Positions 17,880 to 26,541 of a stretch of DNA of 31,670 nt are shown here, in pieces. The notes beneath the pieces were generated by a model. That model did no database searches, had not been told where the DNA came from, and was given only the letters and a program-made list of their open reading frames with translations. Position numbers and translations under genes: made by a program. Within the stretch, counting starts at the first letter, position 1; each line of letters begins with the position of its first letter. The stretch lies in IMG/VR virus record IMGVR_UViG_3300011337_000591, positions 1 through 31,670 of that record; one strand, 5' to 3'. This DNA is from a virus. Taxonomy: Duplodnaviria; Caudoviricetes.

Positions 17880-17884
17880 AAAAA

Positions 17885-17911
17885 TTCCCCGAGCACACAC
17901 TACTCGGGGAA
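17885..17911 (-). terminator. Strong hairpin TTCCCCGAG-cacacacta-CTCGGGGAA; U-tract only in the minus orientation
   Basis: 9-bp perfect stem preceded on + by A7 (17878-17884), giving stem plus U-tract on the minus strand. Confidence 0.55.
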
Positions 17912-18010
17912 CAGAACAACGCAATAAAAGAAAGCGCTGTAACACACCTTGTCAAACTTGTCCCAAAAGTAAGCATGATTCTACACTACACAAGAAAATT
18001 ATTTGAAAAA

Positions 18011-18580
18011 ATGAAAACGAATCTAAAAACATTACTTTCAAAGTATGCACCTCAGTTTGAAAAAGCTGGCTTGGTGGTTATGGCGAAAGAAGATGGCACA
18101 GCCAAAATTGAAATGATGTCCGAAGCTGTATTGCAAGACGGCACAAAAATCTTTACTAACGAATCCGAGTGGAAAGTTGGTGTAGAAGTATTTGTAATGG
18201 ATGGCGAGAACAACCCAATTCCTGTTGATAAGGATGGCGAAATGCTATTGGAAGATGGCACGACTATCGTTGTAGCTGGTGGAAAGGTTGCAGAGATTAA
18301 AGAAAAGGAAGATGAAGAAATGAGCGCAGTAACAAAAGAAGAATTTGAAGCTGTGATTGGTTCTTTGATTGAGGCCTTCGAAAAAAAGTTTGATGCTTTG
18401 CAAAAAGAAAAAGAAAGCTTGTCTGCAAAAGTAACAGAGTTGTCTAAGCAACCAGCTACGCAATCTGTTAGAACGCAAACAGCACAAAGCACACAGGCAA
18501 AAGACAACAGCGTACCAGCAAAAGATTGGTCACGCATGACATTGCTTGAAAGAATTCAAAATGGTTTAACTGAAAAATAA
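18011..18580 (+). CDS. Probable capsid scaffold protein
   Basis: Acidic, DGEMLLEDG.TIVVAGG motif, coiled-coil C-terminal half; between protease and capsid genes; ATG 18011 has an A-rich leader. Confidence 0.65.
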   Translation: MKTNLKTLLSKYAPQFEKAGLVVMAKEDGTAKIEMMSEAVLQDGTKIFTNESEWKVGVEVFVMDGENNPIPVDKDGEMLLEDGTTIVVAGGKVAEIKEKEDEEMSAVTKEEFEAVIGSLIEAFEKKFDALQKEKESLSAKVTELSKQPATQSVRTQTAQSTQAKDNSVPAKDWSRMTLLERIQNGLTEK

Positions 18581-18592
18581 AAAAATAAAAAA

Positions 18593-19489
18593 ATGCCTAC
18601 TACATTTTCACAATCTACCACTTACAGCGGAAAAGTTGCTGGTGGATATATTAGACAAGCATTCTTAGCGAATGATTCGTTGCAACATGTGACGGTTCGC
18701 GAGAACGTAGAATACAAAGAAGTTGTCCGCAAGTTAGTGGATGATGTAACTTTTGAAGCACCAACATGTAATTTCACAGACAGCGGAACAATCGCATTGT
18801 CCGAAAGGGTTTTGACATTGCAAGAATTTCAAGTAAACAGAAGCGTTTGTAAGCGCGAGTTCTTGGATGATTGGTCACCAAAGAATGTGCAAGACGGAAA
18901 CATGAATATTGATTTCAACGAAGCGTTGATTCAAAACATGTTGGCTGGAATCGCTGGCCGTAACGAAGTTGTTTTATGGCAAGGTGCTTCAAGCACTACA
19001 GAATACAATGGTTTCGCAACTTTGTTTGAAGCTGTTGGTTCTGGTGTGAACATGGTTTCAACCCCTGTTGCAATTACCAAAGCAAACGTGAACGACAAGA
19101 TTGAATTGTTGATTGATGCTTGTCCTTTGAAAGTTCGCAGAGCAACTGAAAGACCAAAGATTTACGTTGCATCAAACGTAGCAGAAATGTATCGTAGAAA
19201 GCAAGCTGATTCTGGTAATGGTTACTTCTTCCAAAGCGGACAGGCAATCAACATGACTTGGATTGGAACTTACGAAATCGTAGAGTGCCCAGGAATGCCA
19301 GCTAACATGATGTGTATGGCGCAGAAGTCTAACTTATGGTTTGGAACCAACACTCTAAGCCAATGGAACGAAGTGTTTACTTTGGACATGAAGAAGTTGG
19401 ATGGTAGCAATAACGTTCGCTACGGCGCGAACTTCTTTGCTGGTGCGCAATTCGGTTTCGGTAACGAAATTTCAGCTTACATCGTTTAA
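18593..19489 (+). CDS. Major capsid protein (298 aa)
   Basis: STTYSGK start, TCNFTDSGT..LSERVL, EVVLWQG, NLWFGT motifs; follows protease and scaffold, followed by a terminator. Confidence 0.78.
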   Translation: MPTTFSQSTTYSGKVAGGYIRQAFLANDSLQHVTVRENVEYKEVVRKLVDDVTFEAPTCNFTDSGTIALSERVLTLQEFQVNRSVCKREFLDDWSPKNVQDGNMNIDFNEALIQNMLAGIAGRNEVVLWQGASSTTEYNGFATLFEAVGSGVNMVSTPVAITKANVNDKIELLIDACPLKVRRATERPKIYVASNVAEMYRRKQADSGNGYFFQSGQAINMTWIGTYEIVECPGMPANMMCMAQKSNLWFGTNTLSQWNEVFTLDMKKLDGSNNVRYGANFFAGAQFGFGNEISAYIV

Positions 19490-19503
19490 GAAAAATAGGT
19501 TTT

Positions 19504-19538
19504 GTAGGGAGTTGTTTCTAATGGCAACTCTCTACTTT
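19504..19538 (+). terminator. Intrinsic (probably leaky) terminator after the capsid gene
   Basis: 12-bp stem GTAGGGAGTTGT/GCAACTCTCTAC (two G-U pairs) followed by a short T run. Confidence 0.65.
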
Positions 19539-19557
19539 ACCATAATACAAAAAGAAT

Positions 19558-20094
19558 ATGGCATCAGTATATTGTGGCTTTGAATTAGGATTCGCCTTGC
19601 AATGCAAGGATGGGATTGGTGGTATTCGTAAATTGTATCTTGGTTTGTGGAATGATTTTGGGCCGAATGTTGTTGTAGATGCTGGTAATGATGGCGTCTG
19701 TACAAGTATTGGTTCAAGACCTATCTACGAATTCGTTTTGCCAAAGCATACAGGCTCTTTTGAAGAGGTTGGCACATACGATATCAACAACGGAACTGGC
19801 TTCTATGTGCAAACAATCAACGCAACTTTCCACAAGCTTACACAAGAAAGAGCTTTCTTGTTGCAAGAAATGGCGAAAGCAAGATTGTTGGCTGTTGTTG
19901 AAGATAACAACGGAAACTTTTTTGTCTGTGGAATTGTAGATGCTGTTGAAGTAACAGCTATGACTTCTGTAACAGGCACAGCCAAAGGTGATTTGAATGG
20001 TTTTACACTTACCTTAACAGGCGAAGAGAAGGCCAAAGCACCTATGTTCCCAGACTTCTTAAATGAAGCGAACATCGTATCGGGAATACTTTAA
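19558..20094 (+). CDS. Major tail tube protein
   Basis: CKDGIGGIRK, NNGTGFYVQT, VEDNNGNFF, TGTAKGDLNGFTLTLTGEE motifs; 178 aa, beta-rich. Confidence 0.7.
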   Translation: MASVYCGFELGFALQCKDGIGGIRKLYLGLWNDFGPNVVVDAGNDGVCTSIGSRPIYEFVLPKHTGSFEEVGTYDINNGTGFYVQTINATFHKLTQERAFLLQEMAKARLLAVVEDNNGNFFVCGIVDAVEVTAMTSVTGTAKGDLNGFTLTLTGEEKAKAPMFPDFLNEANIVSGIL

Positions 20095-20102
20095 TACTTT
20101 TG
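20095..20102 (+). promoter_or_regulatory. -7 element TACTTTTG, 5 nt before ATG 20108
   Basis: Exact TAnnTTTG in a short intergenic gap; same geometry as 3391-3398. Confidence 0.45.
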
Positions 20103-20107
20103 TAGGC

Positions 20108-20512
20108 ATGATTTACCTACAAGCAAATACACCAGCACAAAGCCTCTTTCTTACATTAAAGGAAGGGGCTTTAATCTTTGGTGACTGCACCAACTACTTG
20201 ATGAAGATTGTAAACCAAAGCACCTTACAAGAGTTGTTCGTTTTGCCAACGATATATTCCGAGAATGATAGGGTTACGCACTTAGGAATTGGGACAGATA
20301 TAAACGACCCATTGAATGCAAGTGTAGAAGTCCTTACAACAGGCAGATGGGCATACACAATCTATGGGCAAAATTGTGCAACCAATTTAGAACCAGATAG
20401 TGTAAACGTTCTTGGCGTTTATGAAATTGGTTATCTTTACATTTTGAAACAAGGCGAGTTCTACCAAGAACAAGATTTGCCTATACCAACAGACATAGAA
20501 TACAATGGATAA
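20108..20512 (+). CDS. Hypothetical structural protein (possible head closure)
   Basis: MIYLQANTPAQ...GRWAYTIYGQ...NLEP; lies between tail tube and portal genes. Confidence 0.55.
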   Translation: MIYLQANTPAQSLFLTLKEGALIFGDCTNYLMKIVNQSTLQELFVLPTIYSENDRVTHLGIGTDINDPLNASVEVLTTGRWAYTIYGQNCATNLEPDSVNVLGVYEIGYLYILKQGEFYQEQDLPIPTDIEYNG

Positions 20513-22841
20513 CACACCAAGCACAAACCTAATCAAAAGCCAGCAAGCCAGCTCACAGGCTGTGCAAGTTAAACTATCGGAATACGTTAAGATTTTGCCG
20601 ATAGAAAAAGAAGATAGAAAAGGCTGGGTGAACTATGGGGAAAACAACTTATACCCAAGTTACTTGATAGAGTTGTACAGGGAAAGTCCTGTGCATGGTG
20701 CTCTTGTCAATTCTATTGCGTTCATGGTTGCTGGTAATGGCATTGAAACTTCTGTTGCATCTGTTGAAGAATTTATCAACAATCTTTCGTTAGAAAAGTT
20801 GGTGTTTCAATCTGCATTGGATTTGAAAATGCAAGGTGGATTCTATTGGGAAATAATTTATTCTCTTGACAGAACAACGATTAGCGAAGTGAATTACTTA
20901 CCTTATGAAAATTGCAGATTGGCCAAAACAGGCGATGATGAAATAACAGGCGTTTACTTCTCTCACGATTGGAAAGATATACGCAAGAAACGTAATGCGC
21001 CACAATACATACCATTCTTTGACATGGCCAAAGCGCAAGAAGAAACAAAACAAGTTCTTTTCATAGCGATGGAAAATTGTGGTGCAAGTTATTACCCGAA
21101 GCCAGATTATATTCAAGCAATAAATTGGGTAGAACTTACAAGGCACATTAGTGAATACCATGTGAATAACATTCTTAACGGAATGTTCCCCAGCTTCATG
21201 ATTCACTTCATGAATGGTGACCAATCACCAGAAGCGAAAGCGAAAATAAAAGAAGATTGGGAAGAGATGATTAGTGGTGTGCAGAATGCTGGAAAGTTCA
21301 TTATGACTTTCAATGAAAGCATGGACAGAAAGCCTGTTGTAGACCAATTCCCACTCAGCGATGCAGATAAGCAATACCAATATCTTAGCGATGAGGCCAC
21401 AAAGCAAATCATGATTGGCCACAGGGTTACTTCGCCTTTGTTGTTTGGCATACGTGACAATGGTGGACTCGGCAGTAATACAGATGAAATGAAGAGTGCG
21501 CTTGCAATCTTTAACACCTATGTGATTAAGCCATACCAAGCGATGATTGTTGGTGCGTTAAACACAATCGTAGAAGCTGTTGGCATGCCAGCTGATATTA
21601 CAATTAAGAAGAAAGATTTGTGGGAAGAGCAAGTTGCTGTTGAAGTTGCAACAGGCGACACCACAGCAACAGCACCAGCGCAAGTTGATGTAGCGACACA
21701 GGCCTTGAATGGCGCACAGATTGGTTCTTTGTTAGAGATTATCACGCAAACAACAGCGAACGTTCTAACAATCCCAAGCGCCAAAGCTATCACCAGAGCT
21801 TCGTTCCCATTCTTAACAGACCAACAGATAAACGATATCTTTGACAATTTATCTTCTGTTGAAATTCAACCAGAGCAAGTGCTTCAAAGCGCTGAAAAAA
21901 AAAAAGTTGATTTAGAAGATGGCTACAAACCAACAGACCAGATGGCGAAAGAAGCCGAACTTGGTTTAGAGTGGCGTAGAGAATACGGAAGAGGTGGTAC
22001 AGCTGTTGGCGTTGCACGTGCAAGAGATATCAGCAACAAAAAAAATCTTAGCTTAGATACCGTAAAGCGCATGTATTCTTACTTCTCTCGGCACGAAGTT
22101 GATAAGAAAGCAACAGGCTGGAACAATGGTGAAGAAGGATTCCCAACAGCTGGCCGAGTAGCATGGCAACTCTGGGGAGGGGATGCTGGCTTTGGCTGGG
22201 CAGAGCGTATTGTGAATAGAGAAAAAGAACAACAGCATTCGCACAACGACATGTCCGAAGAGGATGAAGAAAATTGGTTACAGCATTTGAGCACGTGTGG
22301 TGAGTTGATAGACACAGAGGAGTGGGAACTTGTTGATATTGAAGTGGTGCAACCAAAAAAGGAAGAAAGATTAGCACAGCTACGCAAGAAAGAAAGTTTG
22401 TTTGCGAAATCTTTTGCCAACCCAGACGACAAATCTGTAATGGACAAAGGTATTTTCAAGGTTCGCTATTCTTATTCGCAAAACAAAAGTGAGAACAGCA
22501 GAAAGTTCTGCACGAAGATGGTGCAAGCTTCTAAGAGTGGTGTGAAATATCGTTACGAGGACATTGTGAATATGGGTGACTATGGTGTGAATAACCAATT
22601 CGCAAAGGCTGGTGAGGATAGTTACTCCATCTGGTTGTGGAAAGGCGGAAAAAATTGCCATCATCGGTGGATTCGTGAGATATACAAGCGTAAAAGAGAG
22701 AAAGGAAAGTTCTTACCGAACGATGGCCTTAACAACGATGAATTGATTAGCGCGATTAGGGCTCTTGAAGATGGCTTTACATTCAGCGACTTGCGTTTCG
22801 GCTGGGCAAAGGCATCTACACCAACAATAGATTTACAATAA
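20505..22841 (+). CDS. Portal protein fused to C-terminal head-morphogenesis (MuF/SPP1 gp7-like) and accessory domains
   Basis: Portal motifs WVNYGENNLYP, SPVHGA, YYPKPDY, GVQNAGK, IMIGHRVTSPLLFG; C-terminus with SRKFC and KGGKNCHHRW. Confidence 0.8.
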   Translation: MDNTPSTNLIKSQQASSQAVQVKLSEYVKILPIEKEDRKGWVNYGENNLYPSYLIELYRESPVHGALVNSIAFMVAGNGIETSVASVEEFINNLSLEKLVFQSALDLKMQGGFYWEIIYSLDRTTISEVNYLPYENCRLAKTGDDEITGVYFSHDWKDIRKKRNAPQYIPFFDMAKAQEETKQVLFIAMENCGASYYPKPDYIQAINWVELTRHISEYHVNNILNGMFPSFMIHFMNGDQSPEAKAKIKEDWEEMISGVQNAGKFIMTFNESMDRKPVVDQFPLSDADKQYQYLSDEATKQIMIGHRVTSPLLFGIRDNGGLGSNTDEMKSALAIFNTYVIKPYQAMIVGALNTIVEAVGMPADITIKKKDLWEEQVAVEVATGDTTATAPAQVDVATQALNGAQIGSLLEIITQTTANVLTIPSAKAITRASFPFLTDQQINDIFDNLSSVEIQPEQVLQSAEKKKVDLEDGYKPTDQMAKEAELGLEWRREYGRGGTAVGVARARDISNKKNLSLDTVKRMYSYFSRHEVDKKATGWNNGEEGFPTAGRVAWQLWGGDAGFGWAERIVNREKEQQHSHNDMSEEDEENWLQHLSTCGELIDTEEWELVDIEVVQPKKEERLAQLRKKESLFAKSFANPDDKSVMDKGIFKVRYSYSQNKSENSRKFCTKMVQASKSGVKYRYEDIVNMGDYGVNNQFAKAGEDSYSIWLWKGGKNCHHRWIREIYKRKREKGKFLPNDGLNNDELISAIRALEDGFTFSDLRFGWAKASTPTIDLQ

Positions 22842-22852
22842 AGAAAAAAGTT

Positions 22853-23437
22853 ATGGCATTACCAATAGAAGTTCTGTTTATTACAGACGAATACATAAAG
22901 AAGTACACCAACGTAAACGAAGCTGTTGAACCATCGGTTATCAAGCCTTGTATTTATCTTGCACAAGACAAAGAAATTACGAATTGGCTTGGCACAAAGT
23001 TGATGGAAAAAATCAAAGCTGACATCGTTGCTGGCACACTTGCTGGCGACTATGAATATTTGATGGACACATACGTGCGTAAGGCTACATTGTGGTGGAC
23101 AATGGTTGAACTATATCCATTCTTGCTTTACAAGTTAAACAATGGTAGTGTAGTAACACGTGAAAGCGATAGCGCAAGAACAATCAGCAAGGATGAATTG
23201 GAAGCGCTTAGAGATAATGCAAGAGCGAACGCAATTTATTACACATCGCGCATGGTTGATTACCTGTGCATGAATAGTGCTTTGTTCCCAGAGTACACAA
23301 CGAACTCTTTCCCCGATATTGCACCAGCTATGAACGTGCATGGTGACACGACTATTGTTTTCAGTAACGGATATAAACAAAACAAGCTATCATGGAGTCT
23401 AAGAAAAATGCTGGACAACCCAAACGCGAGTATGTAA
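22853..23437 (+). CDS. Probable head-tail adaptor/connector protein
   Basis: Helical 194-aa protein after the portal; IYLAQD..I...LGTKL and LFPEY motifs. Confidence 0.6.
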   Translation: MALPIEVLFITDEYIKKYTNVNEAVEPSVIKPCIYLAQDKEITNWLGTKLMEKIKADIVAGTLAGDYEYLMDTYVRKATLWWTMVELYPFLLYKLNNGSVVTRESDSARTISKDELEALRDNARANAIYYTSRMVDYLCMNSALFPEYTTNSFPDIAPAMNVHGDTTIVFSNGYKQNKLSWSLRKMLDNPNASM

Positions 23438-23504
23438 AGCAAGATGTGTATGCTAAGAAGCTGAAAGAATATTTGGAAAAGAAAAAACTTAACGAACCAA
23501 AGAA

Positions 23505-23702
23505 ATGAAACAAGAACACAGCATGGTAATGGATGGTGTTGTTGGCACAATCGCCAGCGTAACGCTTGCCATACCAATGTATCATGAAGAAATAGAATTC
23601 ATATTGCGCATTCTTAGTGGTGCGTGCTCTATTACCGCTGGTGCTTTCACCATTGTGGCCATGTATAAAAAAATAAAGAAGTATGGAAACAACAATCTTT
23701 GA
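23505..23702 (+). CDS. Small membrane protein, holin/antiholin candidate
   Basis: Two hydrophobic segments and a basic C-terminus; upstream of the endolysin. Confidence 0.55.
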   Translation: MKQEHSMVMDGVVGTIASVTLAIPMYHEEIEFILRILSGACSITAGAFTIVAMYKKIKKYGNNNL

Positions 23703-23856
23703 AACGCTGACAGATTATGGTGTGCTTGGAATACTTTGCATTGCGATGGGGTGGATGCTTTACAAGTATTGGCGTAAAGACCAACAAGAAAAGAAAAGAT
23801 TGATGGACATGCTTGACGATTGCAACGAAAATAAGAACCACCATGAAGATAAGTAA
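23683..23856 (+). CDS. Holin candidate (57 aa, single TM)
   Basis: Manual translation METTIFETLTDYGVLGILCIAMGWMLYKYWRKDQQEKKRLMDMLDDCNENKNHHEDK*; below the ORF-track cutoff; overlaps both neighbours. Confidence 0.6.
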   Translation: METTIFETLTDYGVLGILCIAMGWMLYKYWRKDQQEKKRLMDMLDDCNENKNHHEDK

Positions 23857-24292
23857 GAAAGGAATTGAACTAATCAAAAAATATGAGGGGTTCTCTAAGA
23901 TACCTTACGTGTGTCCAGCTGGTGTTCCTACTATTGGTTATGGTAACACTTTCTATAATGATGGTAAGAAAGTTACTATGGCCGATAAACCAATTACTGA
24001 AGCGCAAGCGGAACAGCTGTTGGTAGTGCTTGTAGATTCCTTTGCAGATAAAGTAACCAAGTTGCTGAAACAACAGCTTAATGAAAATCAATTCAATGCT
24101 GTGGTGTGCTTTGCTTACAATGTAGGCACAGGCGCTCTTGCGAAATCTACTTTGCTGAAAAAGATTAACGCAAATCCAAACGACAAGACAATACGTGACG
24201 AGTTCTTGAAGTGGAATAAGGCTGGCGGAAAGGTGTTGAATGGATTGGTGAAACGTAGATTAGAAGAGAGCGACCTTTATTTTACAGCATGA
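23843..24292 (+). CDS. Endolysin, GH24 (T4/P21-type) lysozyme
   Basis: IKKYEG, YVCPAGVPTIGYG, QFNAVVCFAYNVG, KWNKAGGKVLNGLVKRR. Confidence 0.93.
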   Translation: MKISKKGIELIKKYEGFSKIPYVCPAGVPTIGYGNTFYNDGKKVTMADKPITEAQAEQLLVVLVDSFADKVTKLLKQQLNENQFNAVVCFAYNVGTGALAKSTLLKKINANPNDKTIRDEFLKWNKAGGKVLNGLVKRRLEESDLYFTA

Positions 24293-24594
24293 CACAAGAA
24301 CAACTTGATAGAAGAGTGATTGTGTTTATCATGAGCGCATTCGTTATCATGTTCTTGGTAATTGCCACCATGCCACAACCACACACCAAGCCAGAAGTAA
24401 GAGTAGACACACTAAGAGTTTACCAACAGCGCATAGATACCCTGTTGTTAAAAGAAACAAAGCTAAAAACAATCTATGAAAAGGATATTGATACTATTTA
24501 CATTCTTGATTCTGTTGGTGTTTCAAGGGAATACGCAAGAACGCTTAGACACCTTGATAGTCTATCCAAAGCTGGCTTCTTTAACCAGCGTTGA
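24289..24594 (+). CDS. Inner-membrane spanin-like protein
   Basis: N-terminal TM helix followed by a helical segment; directly after the endolysin. Confidence 0.5.
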   Translation: MTQEQLDRRVIVFIMSAFVIMFLVIATMPQPHTKPEVRVDTLRVYQQRIDTLLLKETKLKTIYEKDIDTIYILDSVGVSREYARTLRHLDSLSKAGFFNQR

Positions 24595-24850
24595 AGAACA
24601 AAGATTGGTTGTATTATGTGCAAGGTCGCTATCTTATTGGCATGCCATAGCGGAAAACAATAGGGAAATAATAAGGAATAAAGACATTGTAATAGCTGAA
24701 CAATATAAACAGCTGGATGAATATTCACATGCGCTTATAGACAAGCAAAAAGAGTTAGAAGTTGCAGAACAAAAGTTGCATAAACGAACAAAGCTGGCCA
24801 TCGTGACCAGCTCTATTTCTGTTCTTATGTTGGTGCTACTTACTTTGTAG
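24476..24850 (+). CDS. Second spanin-like protein (signal peptide, coiled coil, C-terminal TM)
   Basis: MKRILILFTFLILLVF signal-like N-terminus; overlaps the previous gene by 119 nt in another frame. Confidence 0.5.
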   Translation: MKRILILFTFLILLVFQGNTQERLDTLIVYPKLASLTSVEEQRLVVLCARSLSYWHAIAENNREIIRNKDIVIAEQYKQLDEYSHALIDKQKELEVAEQKLHKRTKLAIVTSSISVLMLVLLTL

Positions 24851-25118
24851 AATAGGCTTTCTCTTCCAAGTAACTTTTTACTTCGTTCCAATATGCTTCA
24901 TCTTGCCATGTTAGAAATCCTTGGTATCGCACATCGTAGTAAGTGATTATTGTTTCGCATTGCATGATTGCCATGCTTAATGATAGTTCGCGATAATGCT
25001 GGGCATCTAATGTCTTATCGCCTTGCATGCGTATTATTCTTAGCGCATCAAAGATTAAAGATTCCCCCATCTCGCTGGGTGTCAGTTTTGTTTTGTTCTT
25101 GTTTATCATATTCTGCAT
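24840..25118 (-). CDS. Hypothetical protein, last gene of the leftward arm
   Basis: ORF directly downstream of TerL; YWNEVK C-terminal motif; start codon uncertain. Confidence 0.65.
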   Translation of the reverse strand: MQNMINKNKTKLTPSEMGESLIFDALRIIRMQGDKTLDAQHYRELSLSMAIMQCETIITYYDVRYQGFLTWQDEAYWNEVKSYLEEKAYSTK

Positions 25119-25128
25119 TTTTTGATTA

Positions 25129-26541
25129 TCAAATATAGCTGTACACACCAAAGTTCTTTTTCAATTCATAGAATGCTCGCATCATAATTGCATCTGCAAT
25201 ATCTGGTGAATGCGTAAGGTTCTTTTTAGGTGTTACAGCCAGCTTCTTTTCGTTATCTAAATTTGCCCTACGTACCATTTCCAATTCCTTAACGATATCG
25301 TTCCTTAACGATGGGTCGTTGTTCTTAAACACAATCTTGTTTTCTGTAATAAGTTCTGCAAGTTTGAAGTAGCAGTCAGCTTTCAAGTTAGCATAGTTTT
25401 CACGCACAGCCTTGCTACCATTGATGAATCCTTTGCATGCAAGAAAATCTTTGCAACCTCCCCCGACCCCATCTTCATCCACGAGTACATTGTGCAACCT
25501 TACATTGTAGCGTGCAATCCACTCCCTAATTTCGTTCACTATTTGATTGATGGTGCTTGTTTGCATAATCTTAATATCTTGCATGATAAGGCCTTTCCAC
25601 AAGATAATAATAGTTCTATCACGCCCAGCACGTGCAACATCGCAAGTAATAAACATATCTGCGACTTGCTTCTCTTCTTGCTCGGACACGTTTCTAAAAC
25701 AGCGCAACAAATCATCGTATTCGTAAAGCCTGTCTTTTGTTTCATCGTAGTCCCAATCACCATGCAACAGCCTTCGTCTATCTATTTCTGGAAGCTTGTT
25801 TAACTTTTCAAGATAAGCTTTCGCAAGATGTGGATTATCTGTTGGTAAAGCTTGCAAAAAGAATCTATCTGGCCTTATCATACCTTTGCGCTGGGCATCG
25901 TAGAATTCGTGGAAGAGCCATCCTTTATTCGGGTTACAACTCATAAGGCCTTTCGGCACAAGACCAGCGTTGGCATTGTTACAGCCTGTGCAAAGCCACT
26001 CTATTTCCTTTCCATCTTCATCGTGTGCTGTTGCCATGCCACTATCCAATCCTTTCTTTGCGCAATACCTACAAAACTTGGTAAGCATAAAGCGTGTACG
26101 TGAATCTAATATATCTGCACAGCGCATGGAAATTTCCCCAGCTTCGTCAACAAAGTAATCGGTAATTTCTATCGAACCAAGTTTCTGGAACTCTGCGTCG
26201 CTTGGTGAATCTGCTAAGTCCATCAAAATAATTTCGCTTCCATTATAGAACGTAATTACTTGGTCACCACCATGATACTTGTAATGTATTTCTGGTTGTA
26301 GGCCATAGCTGGCGAGTAGTTGCCAGAATGTTTTCATTGTTGATAAGCGCAACTTCTTTAAGACAGCACGACCAATCAACCCTCTTGTGCCAGCATATTT
26401 CAATCTTCGTTTCAGTTGCCAATCGCAACCAAGCAATGTCTTTCCACTACCAGCACTTCCCCCATACAACAGCTGTTCTATGTCGCTTTGTGCAGATAAG
26501 TAGTCCAACGCTTCCTCTTGCTTTGGTGTGTACTCTATCAT
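25129..26541 (-). CDS. terL: Terminase large subunit
   Basis: YTPKQ adenine motif, Walker A YGGSAGSGKT, Walker B FVDEAGE, SCNP coupling motif, DNPHL, nuclease motifs CDVARAGRD, DEDGVGGG, SPDIADA. Confidence 0.92.
   Translation of the reverse strand: MIEYTPKQEEALDYLSAQSDIEQLLYGGSAGSGKTLLGCDWQLKRRLKYAGTRGLIGRAVLKKLRLSTMKTFWQLLASYGLQPEIHYKYHGGDQVITFYNGSEIILMDLADSPSDAEFQKLGSIEITDYFVDEAGEISMRCADILDSRTRFMLTKFCRYCAKKGLDSGMATAHDEDGKEIEWLCTGCNNANAGLVPKGLMSCNPNKGWLFHEFYDAQRKGMIRPDRFFLQALPTDNPHLAKAYLEKLNKLPEIDRRRLLHGDWDYDETKDRLYEYDDLLRCFRNVSEQEEKQVADMFITCDVARAGRDRTIIILWKGLIMQDIKIMQTSTINQIVNEIREWIARYNVRLHNVLVDEDGVGGGCKDFLACKGFINGSKAVRENYANLKADCYFKLAELITENKIVFKNNDPSLRNDIVKELEMVRRANLDNEKKLAVTPKKNLTHSPDIADAIMMRAFYELKKNFGVYSYI

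Noticed and set aside
1443-24850. Alternative genetic code (stop-codon reassignment)
   Set aside because: Standard-code ORFs tile the genome densely with full-length conserved proteins
25965-26082. Intein in TerL
   Set aside because: Too short and lacks the N-terminal Cys/Ser block and C-terminal His-Asn splice motif
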